Source: Raillietiella orientalis (taxonomy: Eukaryota). Taken from it: a stretch of DNA of 64,000 bases. The stretch's first letter is position 1; the number at the start of each line of letters is the position of its first letter. The notes beneath the pieces are model-generated. The model was not told the origin of the DNA. It saw nothing but the letters and a program-made list of their open reading frames with translations, and did no database searches. The stretch lies in NCBI GenBank assembly GCA_036172245.1, contig JAYWIR010000030.1, positions 434,001-498,000 on the forward strand, written 5' to 3'. The position numbers were made by a program, and so were the translations under genes. Below, piece by piece: positions 52,800 to 64,000 of the stretch.

Positions 52800-53342
52800 C
52801 TAAAGTAAACAACAACAAATTCTTTTTTTTTTTGTTGCATTGTAGTTCATTATTATACGCACTATTTCTGCAAACACCTCATTAACACTTTTTCTGTCCT
52901 TTGCACTTGCTTCCAATATGGAACAATTCCACTGGTTTGCTAGTTCAAGACTTTCACTTTGTAACACTTCACGATAATGCTTTAAATCTACTTTATTTCC
53001 TACAATCAGAATTGGAACTTTATCAGTTCCTTTGACACGTGTGATATGATCTTTCATGTTTTTTATATCTTCAAATGTCTGATAATTTGTAAGGCTATAG
53101 ACTATCACAAACCCTTGTCCGTTTTTTATATATAAATCTCTCATGCTGGCAAATTGCTCAGTTCCAGCTGTATCCAATATTTCCAATACACACCGAGAAT
53201 TATCGACTTCAATTTCTTTTCTGTAAAAGTCTTCAATAGTGGGATTATAAGATTCTGGAAACTGTCCAGAAGCAAATTGGACTGTTAGTGCACTTTTACC
53301 AACACCTCCAGAACCCAGTACAACAACTTTGAACTCCCTCAT
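52800..53342 (-). CDS. Rap2: Ras-related small GTPase Rap2 (Rap2l-like), intronless, 180 aa
   Basis: Single ORF with G1 GSGGVGKS, effector loop PTIEDFYRK (F39 is Rap2-specific), G3 [22 protein letters not shown] (T61 is Rap-type), G4 NKVD and G5 EASAK. It ends in a polybasic stretch and CAAX box, [10 protein letters not shown]. Confidence 0.96.
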   Translation of the reverse strand: MREFKVVVLGSGGVGKSALTVQFASGQFPESYNPTIEDFYRKEIEVDNSRCVLEILDTAGTEQFASMRDLYIKNGQGFVIVYSLTNYQTFEDIKNMKDHITRVKGTDKVPILIVGNKVDLKHYREVLQSESLELANQWNCSILEASAKDRKSVNEVFAEIVRIIMNYNATKKKRICCCLL

Positions 53343-53796
53343 AACGAAGAAACAAAATTCTCTTTAACTGAATGTTTTTCAAATACATAAGAAACATCTA
53401 GTTATGAATCAGTTGTTATATTTTAATATGTCATAAATAAAGTCATAATGAACTATTTTTCTACAAGATAAAAGAACATCATATACATGTGATATAAGTA
53501 CAGGATGCCACAAACTTTAAAGGGGATTCATGCTCATATTACATAAATGATAAAAAATCAAAAATAAATCAAGATTAACATGATGAAACACTGGGCCAGC
53601 AAATATGTTGGCGTGCAGCCTTTCGAACCTGAATGATATGTGCATTTGCACAGTTCCAGATTACATACCATGCAAGGCTGTACGTGGTGAACTACAGCAC
53701 TGAGGCAGGAGAGAGAGCACAAGTGAACACAAACACAATGAAGCAACTTGTGCTACGATGGGCCGAGATTGCCTGCTGCTGCTACACCCTTCCCTG

Positions 53797-54100
53797 CACA
53801 CACACACACACACACACACACACTGGAGAAAGAAAAAAAAAAAAAAAAAAAAAAAAAAAGGGGGCGCGATGCACATGGGAAGGCATGTTTGGCAAACAGT
53901 TGTTTCGAATGCAGCCAAACACCACGGACGAACACGGTGAACACGGCGGCGGGGACCGTTTGCACCGACCCACAGGCACCACACACAGCATCCCCTCTGG
54001 TTCGCGACTGCCTCATCCCTCCCGCCTTCCCACAAACACGGAACGAACACGCGGTTCCGTGGAGCCGAGTGGGATGTGTGTGTGTGTGTGTGTGTGTGTG
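53797..54100. repeat. (CA)n, poly(A) and (TG)n simple repeats
   Basis: (CA)n at about 53797-53823, A run at about 53833-53859 and (TG)n at about 54075-54099. Confidence 0.9.
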
Positions 54101-57100
54101 GATGGGCAAACAACCCGAGGAACCGTAAAATCGAAAGTACGTGTACTTCACGGTGTTTTTTTTTTGTTTTTGTTGTTTTTTTTTTTCTTTTCTTCTTCTT
54201 CTTCCTTCCCCCCCCCCCCCCCCCCTCTTCTCCATCCTTTGTCGCGGACAGCATTTGTGATCATCGTCTGGAAGATCGAAGTTGTCGAACGGGAAGATGA
54301 GCATCTCGGGGGGATGCAGGGAGGAATCCGTGAAGAGTGAGCCCGCCCAGGGATTTTCCAGCTCTCTAGGAAACGGCACACGGCCGACACGGTGCACGTT
54401 TGAAAGGGTTCCACCGTCGTCAGCTCACGCACTCTTCTTCCCTTTTCCCATGAACAAGTCCCATCGGGTAAATAAACACGAGTCAATGAACTTTCGAAAA
54501 CACACTTCCAGGAATCACAAGTATGTACCATCAGATGCATCCCCGCAATCTGAAATATTTGTTTGCTTTCCTTTTGAAAATTAAAGCAGCAGCCTATTAC
54601 GAAGATTTTGACGAAAATTTATTCCGAGAATGCGTGTAACGTGCGGCGGTCTAAACGAAAAATCTAATTAGCACGATCCTTTTGAATGGGAAACCCCAAC
54701 AGGAGGCACGGCAAGCATTTTATTTCTCGTTTCTGATCTGTCCGTGTTCTCTGGTGTCCAACACAGAAGCAATTGAACGTTCTCTGCTCCGGGGACCCTC
54801 AGGGAAGCATTTCAGCATAACACTCGACTTCGTACGGTAAGGTGTTTGCCTGGCCAGGAAAAAGTCAGACCACAAAACACTTTGCAGACTTCTAAATGGC
54901 GTGCAGGAAAAAAATGGAAAGATGCTGGGCGAAGGTACAATCGGCACGAAAGAACAAAACGGAACCGGTTCAAAATCCAAAGTTTCCTGTGCCTCAGGTT
55001 TTCGTTTCCTGCTTCGCACAATGAAATTTCCTAGTCCTTTTCATGGAGAGAACAACCCTCTTGTTGTTCCAGTTACCTTTTTCTCTCTTTTTTGCCGATT
55101 GATACCGGTCATTCTTACATGCATGCATTTCTTTTCAGGACCGCGATTTCCTCCTCCGCCTTTGCACTGTCGCACGCGCGTTGCCGTTTTCCAAGAAGAG
55201 GAAATCTGTCCCTGAAATCATCATTTGATGAGACCGCGAACGCCGTTTTCATGACGTTTCATGCGAATACCTGCCTACTCCGAAGGCTGCCTGCTACCAT
55301 CTTTTGATTTTCCATTTTTTAGGATCAAACTTCCCTCATGAGTTTCTTCAGGTGTGCATTGAGCAGCAGAAATGCAGCAGGCGCAGGTTTCAGCACTTCA
55401 TTTTTTTAAAAAAAAAAAAAAAAAAATTGCCAATTTTTGAGACGAATGAAAATATTTTGGGGATTCTCCCGAAGAGCATTCTGAATTTACATTGCTGTTT
55501 ATTTGGAAGGAATCAAAGCAGGTGTCCTTTGATGATCTGATCCTTTAGTGCTTTCCCTTGACCTCTATGAATCGGATGGGGGGTGCACATATGCAGTCAA
55601 CATTTTGCTTTGGTCGCTCCACGAGCGGGTTTGATCTTTTTCATCATTAGTCAACCCTGCCACGTTCTTGGTATGTGCTTTACTTGTCTGTTTTAGCAGA
55701 TCTGCTGTTGCGTTGCTATACCAACAGGCTTGTTTTCTCTCTGCAGTCATCTTGTGCGCCTAAAAATACGTCCCGGACATTCTAATAAACTACAAAAGGC
55801 TCTTTGTTAATTTTTTTGGCAAGTTACCAGTGACAGATGGTGTTTTTTTTTTTTCTCTCTTTTTCTTCCGGTGTTTGCTGTTAAGCTTGTTGTTGCTACC
55901 TATAACTGATCAGCTCTGAGATGAAATGTGACCCTTATTGTAGTAAGACGAGTTCCTGATTCTGACACAATTCTGTTACCAGCATGTTCTTTTTGACCTT
56001 ATTATTGTGAGAACGGACCATTCATCTAGAAGTTCATTGCTCGCCCTGATGCACTCCGGTTTCCCGTTCCTCTGCCTCGCGCATGCAACGAGCTTCCACA
56101 CCCACGAGGATCTTTCTGTGATGGTCCATTGAAGTTCTGCGAGGTTTCGGTCCCGGGTTCATCTCCGAGGAGTGCAAAGCGCGGACTTCGCTCTCCACAG
56201 ATCAAGGTTTTCGTTTTCAATCCCTCCGGCGGCTTCTCCCACCCGCGAAACTCTCTGATTTTCCTGTTACGCCTATCGACGGCCCCGCCTGAGCTTTCCC
56301 TGCGACACGCGCGCTCCAGACTCCTCGCGATTCCCTCTCGGGATTCGCTTCTCTCCGAGTTGATGGGACGGCCGGACGATCCCATCGCTGCGGGTACGGA
56401 GCAGATCCTTCCCTGCTTTCGTTGGCACTTCGTCCCGCTTCCGGAGCTTCGAGATCTCTTCCCGCGCGGAGTGTCCGGTCCCACCCTCCCCTTCTTTGAG
56501 TTACCCGCGCCTCTCGCCGAGCCACGGGCATTTCCTTCGGGTTGGCGGATCCGGCACGACACGACGATGGCGACGAAAGGCGTTTGCACCCGAGCTCCGG
56601 GAGTCTCCTGCGAGTCAGGAGCGGCTGCCCCGAGCCAAACCAATCAGGAGGCACCGTCGTCTTGCCCGGGGAAACCGCGCCCTCAACGGGGGAGCGTGCG
56701 AACCGGGTCCACGAGTAGAGATCCGATCGCTATCTCTCCCGAGCGAGGGGGTGGAACCACACGATGTGGAGTGGGGGGTGCGCGGAAGAGCGTTTGCTAG
56801 GAGGAACGGCTGGGGGGAGGGGGAGGGTCGACCGCAGTCTCTCGGAGAGAGGCGACCTGGACGCGCGTCCCTCCGCGCCAGTCGCGCTGCCGGGCTCAGC
56901 CAATCACGAAGCTTCTTACGACTGCGATTCCCGAGGGAGAAACGAGAGGCGCTCGGCGCCGCCGCCAGGGACCGGAAAGCGATCCCTGCGCGCGCGGGCA
57001 GGAGGAGGAGGAGGAGGAGGAGGGAGGGGGGCGAAGAAGGTGGTGTCTACGTGCTTCAAGCCGCTGCTGCTGTTGTTGCTGCGTGACGGCGGGCGCGGGG

Positions 57101-57934
57101 AGCACCACTGGCGGACAAGTCCCTTTGCAGAGGGAATCGTCGTGAGGCGGAGAGTCCCCGTGCAATCTCCGTCGTCTCCTCGCGAACCTCTTCGCCTCTC
57201 CCTCCTGGATCGATGATCAGGGAGGGAGCGGGGCAGATCGGGAGACGGGCGGCAAACTCGGGGCACGCGCGTCCGAGGAGGCCTCGGAGGGAGGTCCACT
57301 TGGGGGGGGAAAGACGCGTTTTCGGGAGCATGCAGCGCCTCCCCTCCCAAGGCGGGGCGTGCCTCTGGCCAGGAAGACACGCTTTCCGTGGCTCCGGGTT
57401 CGCAAAGGGAGAATGGGGGAGCGAAGACTGAGGCAGCGTCTTTCCTCTTTTCCTTCCTTTTCCACACCCGTTTCTTCCCGTCCTTGTCGGGGAAAAATCG
57501 TCCGCTTTCAGCAGGTCGTCGGCGAGCCAGTATGCGCAGGCGTCGCTTCCGGGGGACGGACATCGCCACCCGAGGTGGCCCAAGGCTGTTCCTTTCCCTT
57601 TTTTCCCGAGATGAGATGCGCCTTCTCCTCGAAGGGTCCGACTGGGTGAGGGCAAGGCGGGAAGGTCCTTCCCTTCTGTCCCTGTCCACACGCCCCCGGG
57701 ACGCCGACTGTGACTGTGAGGATAATTGGGTTGGTGTTCGCAGATGTCGATCCTTCGAAGTCATCACGAGGGAGGGGGAAAGTGATGATGACGACGCCTA
57801 AGAGGAGTAGAAGGAGGAGAGCACCTTTGCGCCGACGCTCAGAGGGGTGGGGTGAGGTGCACGAGGAAGGAGCCGACCTTTCTCGTGCGGGAGATTATGC
57901 CTCTTTCTCCCTTCCCCCCTTCCGTTTTCCGTCA

Positions 57935-58464
57935 TCCTTCCCCTAGGGATGTCTCGGTCTTTCCACTTCTGGTTGGATCGGACCGGAGTGGAAAGAGGGT
58001 GGGGGTAGGGAGAAGCCATCGAAAGCCATGGAGCCCCGCGACTTGTTGTAGGTGATGATGACCAGCGCGCCCATCCTTCCCTCCCCTTGCCCTCCAGATA
58101 GCAGAAGATGAGCGACAAATGGAGGGGGAGACACTCTCAGAGAACGCCTTTGGGAGTGAACGGGGAAGTCCCTCCCTAGAACGAAAGGCAACCGGGGAAA
58201 GAATGGGGGGGACGTGTCTTCCTTGAATCTTGACTGTCTGGAGGCAAAGGGGCGAGGATGCTTCCCGACTTTGAACAGAATCCTGGTCAAGCTGGCTGAA
58301 TGAGACTACTTCGGAAGGATGCGTTTAGGGAGAGGCCCGGTTTCCTGCTCCTTATCTCCCTCAATCATCCGTTTCGATCATCTCGAGGGGAGAAGGCAAG
58401 GAGAGAGCGATCGCAGAGGAGTGCGATTGTTCCATCTCACCTCCTTCCCCTAGGGATGTCTCGG
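57935..58464. repeat. Exact 23-nt direct repeat pair
   Basis: TCCTTCCCCTAGGGATGTCTCGG at 57935-57957 and 58442-58464. Confidence 0.85.
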
Positions 58465-58593
58465 AAGCAACTGCATCCCATTTTGCGAGCCGGGGAAAGG
58501 CCGCAAATAGCTCCCGGCTAGAATAGGGTCAGGGAGGAGCTGGAGATCCTCGGGGAGAGGCGCCGGTCAGGCGTTAGATACTGAATGAGGAAG

Positions 58594-59660
58594 TCAGGAG
58601 GAGACCGAGGAATGAAGTTCAGGGGAAAGGACCCCAACCCTCTTCCTTGCCTCTTTCCCTCTTTTTCTATCTGCATCCTGAGCTTTCAAATAAGTCGTTT
58701 CCAATATCGTTCCTGGAATCTTGGCTTTGACACCAGAGATGGTTCCAACCTCGTTTTGCTCGGCAATGAAGATCAGAAAGAGGAAGAGAGAATGGCTGTA
58801 GCTAACCGGCAGCCCTTTCGACTGTTCTCTGGTGGAACCAAGGACTGCGCGATGGTTGCTGCGCTCTTTCCAAAGGAGCCCAAATTCTTGTTCCCAAGTA
58901 TCACAGAATTCTTCTCCTTCCACTCTAACCACTTCGTCTAAGTTTCTCCACGCTCCTTGGGAATCCAGGAGGATGTCCAGGGAACTATTCTAATGGCCCA
59001 AGGCGGTGAATGCTGCTTTTATATTCATCGGAAACAGGTCGAGCGAGCTTGATCTTCCGTGTGCAGAGACCCGCAAAGGAAAAAGTCCAAGGGGCATCCT
59101 GGTCTCGGGAGTTATGAGGGTGGGTCCCACAAACAGTGCTAGTGATAATGGAGTCTGCTTTGGAAAATGGATGCGTCGATTAGTGCTGGCTGAGAGATGT
59201 GTAAGGAAACGTCTGGGAACCAAGTTGCTGTAGATACGTTCAAATACGGATCAGCAATACCGCGAGCAGCAACAGAGAATGAGCAAGCAGGGCATTTCGC
59301 ATGTGCGATGGCCACACTTGCCACCACCCTCATCCCTACATCACTCCGAGTCTTTATTTCATCCGTTACAGCTTTAGCAGCCCCTTACATCAGACTAATT
59401 CCTCATTTTCCCATCTAACAAGAGTAACCACTACAGCATTCTCATCTAATACCATACGCCCAACATGCTTCATCATGGTTCCAACAAACTCATCGGGATG
59501 CGTAATTCTATTTGTAAAAACATCAAAACTTCCGACTCCCGGTAAAAATTTTCCATGAGCATCAAGGGGGCAAGATGCAATGCAGCCATGCGAGCTATGC
59601 ATGAGTTTTCGCTGCTCATGCATTGGTATTCCTGGAACGCAATCATCGATGATCCATAAC
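58594..59660 (-). pseudogene. Interrupted, apparently intronless coding-like segment (possible endogenous viral or TE-derived remnant)
   Basis: Successive protein-like frames broken by stops and shifts: LWIIDDCVPGIPMHEQRK…GVGSFDVFTNRITHPDEFVGTMMKHVGRMVLDENAVVVTLVRW; GISLM*GAAKAVTDEIKTRSDVGMRVVASVAIAHAKC…DPYLNVSTATWFPDV; …DLFPMNIKAAFTALGH*NSSLDILLDSQGAWRNLDEVV. Composition is balanced and lacks the window's homopolymer runs. Family not recognised. Confidence 0.3.
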
Positions 59661-60370
59661 TTTTAATTATCGATAATTACTAGAAACTTTCGGTAGCGCT
59701 ACAACGCGAAACAACAACGCCATTAGGCAGTACGTCACCTTACAATCGTAATTTCCCTCTTAACAGTTTGTACTTTTTTTTTCTTGTTCCTAGGAATCAG
59801 GGCAAAGGAAAGATTCCTGAAAACATTGGGACTTCAGGAGTATCAGAAAGGGAAAAGCTTCTTTATCTTATCTAACACTCTATCCGTGAAGAACGTCTGG
59901 AAAGCACTGAACAGACAGAGTTAAAAAGGATTTCATTGGAATCGTGACTAGCCATAGATTTCAGGTTCATCAAGCTGTGGCATTGAGAATTCTAAAAGTG
60001 CATCTGTGAATAACGGGTGGAAAGAACAAAGCTCAATCGAGTGCTTCCAATGGCTTCTCAGATGATGACAGATGACAAAGTATTGAAAGGGAGGGAAATG
60101 ACGAGAGAGAGGTTGTAATTTAATCCTAACAGTCATAATTCGTTGCATGACTGGTTTAATAAACTTTAAGTCATGGCAATATTTTCAAGAAACTGCAGAA
60201 TAAGCAGTACAGCGTTATTACACATCCACGTACTTATACTCAGTAAAGAATTTTATTGAGATTCATTTACCCAACGAATTTATTGGAATGTCGAACGTAA
60301 AAGGAATGGTTTGTGAAGAATTTGGCATCAGTTGTGCTCAAGTGTCAAGGAGCAACTGCAGAGCACTTGT

Positions 60371-62284
60371 TCAATGTCTGGCATCAAGACCTAGCTCCTT
60401 TTGGACTTTGACAAAAGCATCAACACAAGTGTCAATGTCTTTTGCAGAATGTGCTGCTGATATTTGTACCCTGATTCTTGCTTTGTTCTTGGGCACAACA
60501 GGATAACTAAATCCAATGACATAAATACCGTTTTCTGCAATTCTGAACATGAATAATGGCATGCTTGCAAATTTCCTCACCCAGCATTTTATCAGCAAAT
60601 ACTGAAGCCAGCTTGGCATCACCTAACATTACAGGGCAAATTGGGTGGTCATCACCCTAAAAGGTGTGGAATGAAGACCAAAACTGATCTTTGGATTTTC
60701 AAGAAAACAGAAAGAGTAGAAAAATTTCTAAATGCAAACTCCAAGCAATCATCCCAATCTTGCTGAGCTAAAACTATGTTGTAAGAATTTACAGCTTACT
60801 CCTAGTTGGAATCCAGCATTCTGCATCTTTTCCCGAAACCTTTTTGTATTTGCAGCAACCTTAACCGCTAGCTCTGGATTAGACAGCAAGATATCAAATA
60901 CCTGGATGCTATTGAGTCAAAACTGTTTTCATTATTGTGCAATTTCTTTTACCTGGCTGGCACAAGCAACTACTGCAGGAGGGAGTGAATTTGAAAATAA
61001 ATATGGCCTAGATTTTTGCCGCAAAAGAGAAACTACTTCTTTTGTGGATGCTGTATATCCACCAGCAGCACCACCAAGTGCCTTACCCAAAGTTGAATTG
61101 ATAAAATCCACAGCGCCAGGCAAATTGAAGTACTCCTCTGTACCTCTACAATTATAGATGGTGCAGTTTTTAAGAGAAAATTCTGTGAAAGTTACTACTA
61201 TTGAAGCATTGGGAGCCATGAGTAAAAAATCCAATAATACACCTTTTGAAATGTATTGCTGTTTTTCCTTCATGCTCAAATGAACTTACCGACCAGTTGC
61301 TCCAAAGAATCCTGTTGCATGGCAGTCATCAACAAAAATCAGTGCATTATGCTTCTGAGCAAGCTTCACAATACCCGAGAGAGGCATCACATTGCCATCC
61401 ATGCTGAAGACACCATCACTTGCAATGATGATTCTTCTAGCTTTCTGCACATTTGGATCACTCAATATCTTCTCTAGATCTATATGAAGCATGGAACACA
61501 AATTATTACAAAAAATGCTTTTAAGAGGAGTCTTGTATTAGGATTCAAGAGCTTTTAATGGAACAAACCTGCCAGGTCCCTATGTTTGTAACGATATCGC
61601 TGAGCCTTGCAAAGTCTGATGCCATCAATAATAGATGCATGGTTAAGCTCATCAGACACCACAGCATCCTTATCAGTCAGTAGACTTTCAAAGAAACCAG
61701 CATTAGCATCAAAACAACTTGCATAAACTATGGCATCTTCCCTTCCATGGAATTTTGCAATTTTTTCTTCAAGACTCTAAACACAAATCTGCTATCCACA
61801 TGTAAGTGCTACTTGCTTTATGAATGTCTTGTGTACCACATATGAAACGAACTGAGCTTAAGCCTGCTCCATGAGAATCAAGGGCTGATTTACCAGCTTG
61901 AATCACATCTGGATGATTCTACTGACAAACACAAAATAGAAACAAAAAAAAAAACCTTAACACTGTCTATGTGAACTTACAGAAAACCCCAAATAATTGT
62001 TGGAGCAGAAGTTCAGAATCAGCTTTTTGTTGTCACGTACTCTGATTTGAACTCCCTGCATGGATTCAATGATTCTTTCTGGTTTCCATGTGCCAGAACT
62101 TTTAACATCATTTAGTTCATCAGTTAACTGAAGTTTCAATGAACTCATTGCCACACTGGATTTCCATATCTGTCCAGCAGAGTGACAGCTGATTTGTGTG
62201 AATTGTGATCTGATGTTATTTAAAACTGGAATTTCCTTTGTTTACTCAGCTCTTTGGTTTTGTTACTTTACCTGTGAGCCTCAT
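60371..62284 (-). CDS. GCAT: Mitochondrial 2-amino-3-ketobutyrate CoA ligase (glycine C-acetyltransferase), 9 exons, complete
   Basis: Exons 62284-62272, 62225-61981, 61918-61817, 61776-61569, 61479-61290, 61145-60953, 60901-60800, 60656-60581 and 60534-60371, phases consistent. Motifs are [55 protein letters not shown], the PLP-lysine motif [19 protein letters not shown] and [19 protein letters not shown]. The N-terminal extension looks like a transit peptide ([13 protein letters not shown]…). Minus-strand AATAAA signals lie at about 60252 and 60279. Confidence 0.96.
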
Positions 62285-64000
62285 TTTAAATGCAGTACGT
62301 TTTCCTGAAAACTTATTTGGAGCTAAAAGCGGGAATTTCCAGTTTGCTAATCCTGAATTGATTACTATTCGAATGAATTAAGTTCGATTAATACAAATGA
62401 ATCAAAATGCTGAACAATCAAATAAGGCAAAATGCAGATGAAATTCGATCATGCTTTTGGAAAACTCGATGTGCAAACTTTAAAACATGCATTTCTATGC
62501 ATGTTCATTATCTTGGGTAAAAACATGCAAAACGCCAGGATGTGAGTGAACCACTATTTCTTTTGTTTTCAATAATTCATAAAATCCATTGTGTATTTGT
62601 GCGTACATTGATCCCTCCGGGTGACAGAAGGGTTTCCATGACCCCTTCAACGAAATATCCAACTCAGCATGCATGCACTTTCATTTAATTGAATATATCT
62701 CTACAACTTTACGTTTTAGCATCCCTTAATTTTTAATATGAAGATTTTTTTTTTTTTTCCCCACCTTCAAAATACGTGCGCCATTTCCTCTGAATTTTTC
62801 GACCCGACGATTGGATTTATTCACCTCAGAGAACATGGCAGTGGCCGGCACGAAATGGCCCAAAACCCGCCGCAAAAACCAGTCCGGCTTTCATCCGTGG
62901 ATGCTGCAACGTACCTGCCTACAGTCGGTCCAGCGGTTGGATTCTGAACGACGGATTTTCACCTCAATCGTTCCTCACTTTCTGCATCCCTCCAGAAGAG
63001 TGCCCACGCAAGTCAGCAATTTTCCATTCAGCGTGGTTTCGGAAGGGGCAGCAGCGACCAGCTCTGAAAATTGGAAGAACACAGCACCTACTACGGACCG
63101 GCCTCCGCGAGCCACCCACTTTGGCCAGTTGTTGACTCTTTGCTGGAACTAAAGGCAACGATTTCACACGGTAGAGGTCCATGTGGAAAGTGAGTTGGAC
63201 CTCCTCATCCATGTCATTTAGGCAGGCGCCCCCTTTTCATCGCTTCTAAAAGATGGACTGTTTGCGTGGAGATGAGATCAGCTGAGGTCGCATCCCGAGC
63301 CAGCTGCCGGCGTGCTCGACATGGCCCGTTCAATGACTGCAGCTGAATCTGCTGCTTGGGAACCGTTCGAAATCTAGTGGCTGGAGGATGGAGCTGTTAT
63401 CAGGTGCGTGGTCTGTTATTTGTGCAACTTGGCGATGGAGCAGGTGGAGAGCTCATTTGATGCGCGCATGAAAGTTCGTAGCCACTGATGAATTTTTGTC
63501 TCAAATGTCAGGAAAGTATTCTTCAAGATTTAACCCGGAACATTCTGAGCATTTGCGCTGACTAAGTAGCAAAACATATTCTGAGAACTGTCATCGAGGA
63601 TGAAAGTATTTAGTCATTTTATGAAAGAGGAAATGGAAATGAAATCGACTCCTTGTAACATGATGTGTGCAACAGGGGTGGGACAAAAAAAAAACAAAAA
63701 CATGCATATGGATTTGTGACTGTAGGAAATTAGTCAGCTTTTCTTCTGAGAGTCAATGAAGGGAGGAAGTGCAAGTTAGATTCCAGGCAATAGCGATGAT
63801 CTTTTTTTCTGTGAATGATGAATTAAGAGAAAGGTTTTAAGTCCCCTGCAGAGATGCTGCAAGCAAAGCATCAATACTCGTGCACACTTGTGTTCATCAC
63901 ATCAGCTCGAGAGGTGTTCCTAATCAAGGCGAGATTTCCAGAGAATTAACATAATAAATGATATGAAGAACACTGAGGGTATGGTGCACTATATTTATCA

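Noticed and set aside
53797..54190. (CA)n/(TG)n plus poly(A)/T-rich runs as a large inverted repeat
   Set aside because: The order is not nested as a fold-back requires, and such microsatellites are common throughout the window.
11389..63560. Stop-codon reassignment to explain in-frame TAG/TAA in protein-like stretches
   Set aside because: Well-supported genes end at TGA (RAD54L2, GCAT), TAG (Rap2) and TAA (GPI-anchored gene) at expected positions with no internal stops, so the standard code applies.

Overview
This is eukaryotic, most likely arthropod, genomic DNA with very short spliceosomal introns (40-60 nt) and many homopolymer and microsatellite runs. It has a block structure. AT-rich, CpG-poor blocks carry conserved genes: the 3' part of the SNF2 helicase RAD54L2/ARIP4 (+, 1505-2944), an intronless Rap2 GTPase (-, 52800-53342) and a 9-exon mitochondrial glycine C-acetyltransferase GCAT/KBL (-, 60371-62284). 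A long GC- and CpG-rich block (about 12.4-52 kb) is full of spurious ORFs but hides one real gene that the ORF track misses. I rebuilt it by hand as 15 phase-consistent GT-AG exons (27086-40106, about 805 aa plus a missing start). The product looks like a secreted, GPI-anchored protein with a domain resembling the non-catalytic N-terminal region of vertebrate PGLYRP2, a vWA-like domain and a Cys-rich module, but no amidase domain. Also present: a 705-bp hAT-like non-autonomous transposon, an intronic cluster of MEF2-consensus motifs, several short repeats and a few decayed or unassignable coding-like stretches. I saw no rRNA, tRNA or CRISPR features. All family assignments come from remembered motifs, not database searches, and composition statements are by eye.
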